Source: Neocallimastix sp. 'constans' (taxonomy: Eukaryota). From it: DNA of 20,000 bases. The stretch spans positions 480,403 through 500,402 of the forward strand of contig JBODTK010000120.1 of the NCBI GenBank assembly GCA_050613775.1. Direction: 5' to 3'. The notes under the pieces are model-generated. The model searched no databases, was not told the origin of the DNA, and worked only from the letters and a program-made list of their open reading frames with translations. Of the stretch, positions 11,380 through 20,000 are shown piece after piece. Made by a program: the position numbers and the translations under genes. Numbering within the stretch: the first letter of the stretch is position 1; each line of letters begins with the position of its first letter.

Positions 11380-12562
11380 TCAGTGTGAATTTTTTTTTTT
11401 TAAAAGTTCACTACGATCTTCAATTTTAATAGTGAATTCATCTGTCTTAACATCATTTTCAATTATTTTTTTTTCCATTTTTTTTAATTTGACCATGATA
11501 ATACAGATAATAATAATGATTATCAAAGGTATTGCAATGCATAAAAATCTTTTTAAATTAAGATAACGATCAGGAAAATCATTTTTAATTTCAGTATCAT
11601 AAGGATAACTTTTGAATTCATTATTTTGTATATATCTAATAATAACAATAATAATATAAATTAATAATAATATAAAATAATAATTATATAAAATAATAAT
11701 AATAATAAATAATAATAATATAAATTAATAATAATATAAAATAATAATTATATAAAATAATAATAATAATAAATAATAATAATATAAATTAATAATAATA
11801 TAAAATAATAATAATATAAAATAATATTTATATAAAATAGTATTTATAATGTATTAATTATATTAATTAAATTTTTTATTTAAAAATAAAAAAAAAAAAA
11901 AAAAGAGAGAAAAAACTAGCTTTTATAAATATATATAATTTATTATCTATTATTTACTATATATGTATATATATATATATTGTATTTTTGAAGGTTATAT
12001 ATTTAAAATTTAAAACTATTATTTTCTTATATTTATTTAAATTTATTATTTTATATATATATAAAAAAAAAACTTACATTTCTTTTAAATTAGAATTTTT
12101 AGGAATAATTAGATCTCCTCTTAATTTATTATTAGCAACATTCCTAATAATTAAATAAATTCATTTTGTAAAATTAATATATATTTATATATATATATAT
12201 ATATATAATTATTATTTTTGTTTTTATTATTAATTTTAAATATAATTTTAATTTTAATTTTTATTTTTATTTTTATTTTAACTATTATTTATTATTATAA
12301 ATACTATTTATTATTTATTATTTATCATATATCATTTATCATTATTATTCTTTTTGAAACTCATATTGATAATATTTTAAAATATAAATATAATTTTCTT
12401 ATTTATTTAAATTCATTATCTATTAAAACTCACAATATTTCTAGAAACCGATTTTCCGGAATAATTAACTCCCCATCAAATTTATTATTATTAGCAATCC
12501 TATTAATTATTTATAATTATATTAAAAATAAATAAAAATAAATATTTAGAGAAAGACTATTT

Positions 12563-12606
<44 letters not shown>

Positions 12607-13024
12607 TTTTTATTTTTTATTTTTGTAAAATTCATTAATTATTAAAACTTACATTTTTTCTATTTTAGAACTCTCTGGAATTTTTAAATCTCCATAAAAT
12701 AAATTATTACTAATATCTCTATTTATTATTGCAATTATTATTATTATTTTTAAAAATAAAATAAATTAAATATATTTTTGAAATATAAAGTTTATTATTA
12801 TTATTAAAATAATTTTTTATTTTTTTTTTTTTTTATCAAATTCATTATTAATTCATAATTTTATTACTAATAAACATTTAAAATGAAATTATTTAAATAG
12901 ATTTAAAAAATTTACATTGTTTTAAGATTAGAATTTGGTGGAATAATTAACTCTCCTTTTAATTCATTGTTACTAATATTTCTAATTAAATATATAATTT
13001 ATATAAAAAATATTTATAATTCAT

Positions 13025-13073
<49 letters not shown>

Positions 13074-13597
13074 AATTAAATATTAAGTTATAATAAATAG
13101 ATACAACTTTAAAAATAATTCAAAAATAAAAGTTATTGTTATTTTAATTTATTTAAATCAATATATTGTAAACTTACAATTCTTCTAGAATAGTTTTTTC
13201 TTCTATATTTAGCTTTCCATTAAAGTGATTATTACTAGCATCTCTAATAATTAAATATTTTTTTATATAAATACAAAATTTAATATTATAATTAAATAAA
13301 ATTTAATATTATTATTATTATTATTATTATTTAATTATTTTAAATGTATATATACAAAAATTAACATATTATTTATTCTTATATTATCATAAAAATATTT
13401 ATAATCTGTGCTATATATAATTATATACATTATAAATAAAAGTTATTATTTTTTTCTCATTTTTTCTTTAAATCCTTTTATCACTTACAGTTTCACTAAA
13501 GTAGAATTTGGTGGAATAATTAATTCTCCTTTTAATTCATTGCTACTAATGTTTCTAATTAAATATATAATTTATATATAAAATATTTATAATTCAT

Positions 13598-13644
<47 letters not shown>

Positions 13645-14422
13645 AATTAAATATTAAGTTATAATAAATAGATACAACTTTAAAAATAATTCAAAAATAA
13701 AAGTTATTGTTATTTTAATTTATTTAAATCAATATATTGTAAACTTACAATTCTTCTAGAATAGTTTTTTCTTCTATATTTAGCTTTCCATTAAAGTGAT
13801 TATTACTAGCATCTCTAATAATTAAATATTTTTTTATATAAATACAAAATTTAATATTATAATTAAATAAAATTTAATATTATTATTATTATTATTATTA
13901 TTTAATTATTTTAAATGTATATATACAAAAATTAACATATTATTTATTCTTATATTATCATAAAAATATTTATAATCTGTGTTATATATAATTATATACA
14001 TTATAAATAAAAGTTATTATTTTTTTCTCATTTTTTCTTTAAATCCTTTTATCACTTACAGTTTCACTAAAGTAGAATTTGGTGGAATAATTAATTCTCC
14101 TTTTAATTCATTGCTACTAATGTTTCTAATTAAATATATAATTTATATATAAAATATTTATAATTCATAAAAAAAAAATATATATATATATATATATACA
14201 TAAATTAAATATTAAGTTTTAATAAATAGATACAATTTTTAAAAATAATTCAAAAATAAAAGTTATTGCTATTTTAATTTATTTAAATTAACATGTTATA
14301 AACTTACAATTCTTCTAGTTTAGTATTTTCTCCTATATTCAGGTTTCCATTAAAGCGATTATTACTAGCATCTCTAATTATTAAATATTTTGCATATATA
14401 CATATAAAATTTATTATTAATA

Positions 14423-14457
<35 letters not shown>

Positions 14458-14466
14458 TAATTATTT

Positions 14467-14503
<37 letters not shown>

Positions 14504-16117
14504 TAATATATTCATTAAAATGTTTATGATATATGTTATATATATTTATATATTTTATAAATAAAAATTAATTTTTTTTTCTCTCATTTTTTTAAGTCTT
14601 TTCATCAAAAAACTTACAGTTTCACTAAAGTGGAATTTTTTGGAATAATTAAATCTCCTGTTAATTCATTGTTACTAATATTTCTAATTAAGTATATTAA
14701 TTTATATAAACATATTAGTACACCAAAAAATTAAAAAAAAAAAAAATAATAATAAATAAACAAACAATTATTAAAGGAAAGAAAATAAATAAATAAATAT
14801 ATTTTATTAATTATTTATTTATTTATTTATTAATTTATTTTATTAAATATCAATTTTTAATAATATATAATTGTAATATTATAAAGTTAAATATGATTTA
14901 AAAATAAAACTATTTTAATAATTTAATTTGTTACTATATATAAACTTACAAAATTTTGAGTTTAGATTCCCCATTACTAAAAAACATTTCTATTTCAGAA
15001 TTATCTGGAATAACAAACTTTCCATTAAAGTAATTTTTACTAGCATCTCTATTAAGTAAAATATTGTTTTATGAATTCAATATTTATTATTATTGTTAAT
15101 ATTATTATAACGATTTTATTTTTTTTTTTTATTTCAAAAAAAATATATATACATATTTATACTTATATTTATAACTTCCTATATTTTTATTTAATATTTT
15201 TTATTAATTTATAAATATAAATATTCTATTTAAAATCATTTAAATAAAATTATAATAAAATCTTACAATTCCACTAAAGTTGTATTATGTGGAATAATTA
15301 AATTTCCTGTTAATTCATTTCCACTAATATCTCTAATAAATAAAAATAAAAATAAATATATATATATATATATATAAATTGAAAAAAATGAAATATTAAT
15401 TTGTAATAAGAATATTATATATTTATATAAAAGTAAAGAAACTGATTTAAAATAAAAATTATTATATGTATTATTTTATCTTCAATTACAGCTTTTCAAG
15501 ACTAGGAAATTGATTTAGAAATGATTCTAAAGAAAATTTATTTATCATTTCTGTTTTTATATTGTTTCTTAAATTTCTAAATAAATAAATAAATAAATAT
15601 TTTTATAATTTTAATTTTTTGTTAATATTAGTATTAACTTTCAAAAAATGTAAATACAAAAAAAAAAAAAAAATAATAATAATAATAATACATTATTGAA
15701 AAAATAAACTGTTTAATGCTTTATTTAAAGTATCTTTATTAAAAAAATTTAATAGTGAGTATTCATTAAAATTATGATAATTATTAAATTTATTATCTAT
15801 TATATATAACTATTTAATTAATTTTATTTATTATTTATTATTTATTATTTATTATTTATTATTATTAATTAATAACTTTTAATAATTATTTTATTATTTT
15901 TTAATAATTTATTATTATTTCTTTAGCTTAATTTATATACTTACATTGATACAATATGGCTTTCACTTTCATCGCATTCAACATAACTTGACTTACAACA
16001 TTGATATTCATGAATATAACTCTTGTAACTATTTAAAATTTCACATTCCTGAATTAGTTCTGAACAAAATATTAATGAAATATTAACAGAAAATAAGAAT
16101 AATTTATAAATATTCAT
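11380..16117 (-). CDS. Single-pass LRR receptor-like protein, 15 exons, ~446 aa (signal peptide, Cys-rich N-cap, ~13 LRRs of 22 aa, TM helix, short cytoplasmic tail, no kinase)
   Basis: Exons on the minus strand: 16117-15945, 15576-15490, 15332-15267, 15048-14950, 14683-14618, 14373-14308, 14125-14060, 13814-13749, 13554-13489, 13243-13178, 12981-12916, 12718-12653, 12499-12434, 12143-12078, 11635-11380; total 1341 nt. All introns are GT...AG and phase 2, and the spliced frame is open. Product: MNIYKLFLFSVNISLIFCSELIQECEILNSYKSYIHEYQCCKSSYVECDESESHIVSINLRNN...FPSLEKLDISGNELTGNLIIPHNTTLVELDASKNYFNGKFVIP...LNISNNELTGDLIIPKNSTLVKLDASNNRFNGNLNIGENTKLEEL...YIQNNEFKSYP...KRFLCIAIPLIIIIIICIIMVKLKKMEKK...KKKNSH*. 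The exact stop depends on the length of a poly-A run. Confidence 0.88.
11491..11547 (-). other. Predicted transmembrane helix of the LRR protein (last exon)
   Basis: FLCIAIPLIIIIIICIIMV (19 aa) followed by basic KLKK, fitting type I topology under the positive-inside rule. Confidence 0.8.
11640..11830. repeat. ~64-bp AAT-rich tandem repeat (about 3 copies) in the last intron of the LRR gene
   Basis: taaattaataataatataaaataataat at 11657, 11721 and 11785. Confidence 0.75.
12930..14400. repeat. 571-bp intragenic tandem duplication of a two-exon LRR module (~2.5 copies)
   Basis: Exon 14125-14060 equals 13554-13489, and exon 13814-13749 equals 13243-13178 (offset 571). The introns are near-identical. 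A more diverged copy includes exon 14373-14308. Confidence 0.92.
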
Positions 16118-16414
16118 TTTTTTTTTTTTTTTTTTTGAAATTTATTTTTAATAAACACTACTAAATTAAAAGATTTTTAAAATTTTATTTTATTTTATTT
16201 TATTTTTTTTTTATTTTATTTTATTTATAAATATATATAATAGACGTTCAAATTTTTTTTTTTTACAAAGAAAAAATGCAATAAATAAAAAAATCACTTC
16301 TTTATATAATAATAATTAAAAATAAACTATTTCCTAATTAAAATAAAAAAAAAATATATATTATATTAAAAGAATATTTAATTTAAATTTAAAACTGTCC
16401 AAAATTATAATTAA

Positions 16415-16675
16415 TATAAAAATGTTTAAATCATTAAAAAATTAATTATAAATATGTTACACAACAAATTTATTGTATCCAAATGTAAAAAATTCAGTCA
16501 AATGTAAAAATTCATAATATTTCAGTAATAATATATAATATGAAAAATATTTTAATTTTGTGTTTGAACGTATCCTGAAGTATAAAGATTAAATGTCACT
16601 AATAATGTTAGAGTATAAGAGAATAATGATTATAAATAATATTCAATGACATTTTCTTAAATGTAGAAGATCTTT

Positions 16676-16709
<34 letters not shown>

Positions 16710-17680
16710 TAAAAAGAAATAAATGAGCAAATAATAAAAATATAAATTTCATTAATATTCATTCTCTGTAGGATAGGTTTCAGTTCTAAATCATAATAAT
16801 AAATTAAAAATAAAATAAAACATAATAAAATAAAAAAAAAAACAAATGAAAATAAATAAAATATTAATATATGTAATATTTATTTTATTTTTTTTTTAAA
16901 AAAAAAAAGCTTTAAATTAAATATATATATATATATATATTATTATTATCTCTCTAAAGGTTTTAAGGAATTTAATACAACTCTAAACAGAAGTGCAAAA
17001 TTTTTATGATGTAATAAATTTTTTTTTTATATCAATGATTAATATTACTAATACTTTTTTTTTTTTATTTTATTATTAACATTGTTTTTTCAAATCTTTA
17101 TTGAAATAAATATATAATAAATAAAAATATAAATATAAAAAACAATTTTTATTTTATTAAATTTTGTATTTTAAATTATATTTTTATTAGATTTAATATT
17201 TATTATTAATATTTTTTTATTATAATTTTGTTTTATTTTATAATGTTTTACATTGTTTTATTGTTATTGTATTTTAGTATTCTATTTAATATTATTTTAT
17301 TGATATTTTCTGATTTTTAATTTTTATTTTTATTTTTATTTTTATTTTTTTTTTTTATTTCTATTTCTATTTTTATTTTACAAACATATATATATATATA
17401 TATAAACATATATATATATATATATATTACTTATTATTTATTATTATTACTTATTATTTATTATTATTATTTATTATTATTAATATCATTAATATCATTA
17501 ATATTATTATAATTATTATTATTATAATTATTATTTTATTTTTTATTTTTATTATTTTTATTACTAAATTATTTTTTTAATTTTTTATTTTTTAATTTTT
17601 TATTTTTTAATATTTTAATTCTTATTTTTTATTTATTATGTTTTAAATCCCTTCTTAATGATTTTGTTCATTATTCATGT
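16415..17680. repeat. Segmental duplication block (3' flank of LRR copy 2), homologous to 10375-11370, with an extra ~230 bp at ~17017-17240
   Basis: Colinear shared strings; copy 2 has additional sequence between ...tatgatgtaataa and ...ttacattgtttta. Confidence 0.88.
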
Positions 17681-18869
17681 TTCCATTAAAGCTATTACTA
17701 CTAGCATATCTAATCATTAAATATTTTTAATATATACATATAAAATTTATTAATATTATTATTATTATTATAATTATTATTATTATTATTACTTAATTAT
17801 TTTAAAAATATATATATACAAAAATTAACATATTATTTATTCTTATATTATCATTAAAATATTTATGATTTTTTTTCTTTCCTTTTCCAAAAAAAAATAT
17901 ATATATATATATACTTTTATTTATAACTTCCTATATTCTTATTTAATATTTTTTATTAATTTATAAATATAAGTATTCTATTTAAAATCATTTAAATAAA
18001 ATTATAATAAAATTTTACAATTCCACTAAAGTTGTATGTGGAATAATTAAATTTCCTTTTAATTTATTATCACTAATATCTCTAATAAATAAAAATAAAA
18101 TTAAATATATACTTTTAATACGATAATGAAATCCTTATTTGGAATAAAAACACTATAAAGTATTTATATAAAAAATAAAATAAAAAAAAAAAAAAAAAAA
18201 AAAGATTTAAAATAAAAATTATTGTATTTTAAATTTTTAGTTTATTAATAATTACAGCTTTTCAAGACTAGGAAATTGATTTAGAAATGATTCTAAAGAA
18301 AATTTATTTCTTATTTCTGTTTTTATATCGTTTCTTAAATTTCTATATAAATAAATAAATAAATAAATATTTTTATAATTTTAATTTTTTGTTAAAATTA
18401 GAATTAACTTTCAAAATATGTAAACAAAAAAAAATAATATATTATTGAAAAAATAAACTGTTTAGTGCTTATTTAAAGTATTTTTTATTAAAAAATTTAA
18501 TAGAGAATATTTATTAAAATTATGATAATTATTAAATTTATTATCTATTATATATAACTATTTAATTAATTTTATTTATTATCTATTATTTATTATTTAT
18601 TATTTATTATTTATTATTATTAATTAATAACTTTTTACAATTATTTTATTATTTTTTAATAATTTATTATTATTTCTTTAGCTTAATTTATATATTTACA
18701 TTGATACAATATGACCTTCACTTTCATTGCATTTAACATAACTTAACTTACAACATTGAATATCATCAAAATTGGTATAATTTTTTAAAATTTCACATTC
18801 CTGAATTTGTTCTAAACAAAACATTAATGAAATATTAACAGAAAATAAGAATAATTTATAAAAATTTAT
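17655..18869 (-). pseudogene. Tandem paralog of the LRR receptor gene: start codon ATG->ATA, internally deleted, no TM (4 exons, 124 codons)
   Basis: Exons 18869-18700 (INFYKLFLFSVNISLMFCLEQIQECEILKNYTNFDDIQCCKLSYVKCNESEGHIVS), 18342-18256, 18081-18019 (DISDNKLKGNLIIPHTTLVEL) and 17709-17655 (YASSNSFNGNMNNEQNH*). GT-AG phase-2 junctions are retained and the introns are colinear with copy 1. Confidence 0.82.
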
Positions 18870-18952
18870 TATTTTTTTTTTTTTCCTTTGCAAATTGTTT
18901 TTATTAAACACTACTAAATTAAAAGAATTTTAAAATTTTATTTTATTTTATA

Positions 18953-19107
18953 TTTATATTATATTATATTATATTATATTATATTATATTATATTATATT
19001 ATATTATATTATATTATATTATATTATATTATATTATATTATATTATATTATATTATATTATATTATATTATATTATATTATATTATATTATATTATGTT
19101 ATGTTAT
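18953..19107. repeat. (ATATT)n pentamer microsatellite in the upstream region of LRR copy 2
   Basis: Perfect atatt reiteration; the equivalent site in copy 1 (~16183-16225) is a short (TTTTA)n tract. Confidence 0.95.
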
Positions 19108-19314
19108 ATAAATTTTTTTTTTTTTTTATTTAAAAATATATATAATAGACATTCAAATTTTTTTTACGAAGAAAAAATGCAATAAATAAAAAAATCACTT
19201 CATTATATAATAAAATTTAAAAATAAACTATTTCCTAATTAAAATAAAAAAAATTAAAAAAATTATAAGAACATTCTTTTAATTTAAATTTAAAACTGTC
19301 CAGAATTATAATTA

Positions 19315-19590
19315 ATTTAAATGATTAAATAATTAAAATATTATATTAAAAATATGTTACACAACAAATTTGTAGCCAAATGTAAAAATTCATTATATTT
19401 CAGTAGTATAATTTTATATTTTAATTTTGTCTAAGGTAAATTATTATTAAATAATGTTAGATTATTATAGAAAATTGATTATAAATAACATGAAATGACT
19501 TATTATTAAATGTAGAAGGTCTTTCTTAATGCAAAAGCAATAAAAATAAATAAGTAAACTTATAATAAAATATAAATATCATTTTTGATT
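19315..19590. repeat. Third, more diverged copy of the inter-gene block that starts at ~10385 and ~16425
   Basis: aatatgttacacaacaaattt, aaatgtaaaaattcat, tttcagta, ataatgttag, ttaaatgtagaag.tctttcttaat occur in the same order as in the other two copies. Confidence 0.8.
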
Positions 19591-20000
19591 TTTAAGTACT
19601 ATATTTAACAAAATCTAATATAATAATGTTTAAATAGTCAAAATCATATTAAAAAAATGTTTCATAATAATTTTGTTACACAAAAGGAAAATTTTGGCAA
19701 AATTTAAAATTCATTATATAATTTTTTTTTATAATTTTAATTATTACTTTAATACTAATTAAATTTAATGTAATTTATAATAAATTATCTTTAATACTAA
19801 TTAAATTTAATGTAATTTATGATATAATAAATTATTTTACAAAAAATATATAAGAGAAATCTTATGATTTAATTTTAAGTATTTCAATTTTTTTTAAAAA
19901 AAATACACTATATAATTTAAAGATAAAAACAAAATGTACATAAAAAATTAAGTAAAATTAAAAATAATGAAAAAAATAAAAAAAAAAAAAATTTAAATAA

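Noticed and set aside
11348..12535. Plus-strand ORFs 11348..11566 and 12218..12535
   Set aside because: Antisense to exons 15 and 13 of the LRR gene and to adjacent intron.
12078..15332. Regularly spaced similar 66-nt units as a CRISPR array or silent cassette store
   Set aside because: Every unit has AG/GT splice sites and joins into one open frame; they are exons.

Overview
Extremely AT-rich eukaryotic DNA with spliceosomal GT-AG introns. The composition, homopolymer runs and microsatellites suggest an anaerobic gut fungus (Neocallimastigomycota); this is inference only. Bases 1-5500 are microsatellite-rich non-coding sequence. Bases 5890-7500 hold a decayed Ty1/copia RT-RNase H on the minus strand. 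Directly upstream, on the same strand and where integrase would be expected, is an intronless AIG1/GIMAP-type GTPase fragment (7697-8114). A mosaic of tandem repeats follows, then a 28-nt tRNA 3' end with encoded CCA (10236-10263). The main feature, missed by the ORF track, is a 15-exon minus-strand gene (16117->11380) for a ~446-aa single-pass LRR receptor-like protein: signal peptide, Cys cap, ~13 LRRs, TM helix, short tail. Almost every 22-aa LRR sits in its own 66-nt exon between phase-2 introns, and a two-exon module was recently tandem-duplicated (571-bp unit). A tandem paralog (18869->17655) has lost its ATG and has an internal deletion removing most LRRs and the TM; it differs from the first copy almost only by amino-acid-changing substitutions. 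The locus looks like a fast-evolving, exon-modular, immune-like receptor cluster.
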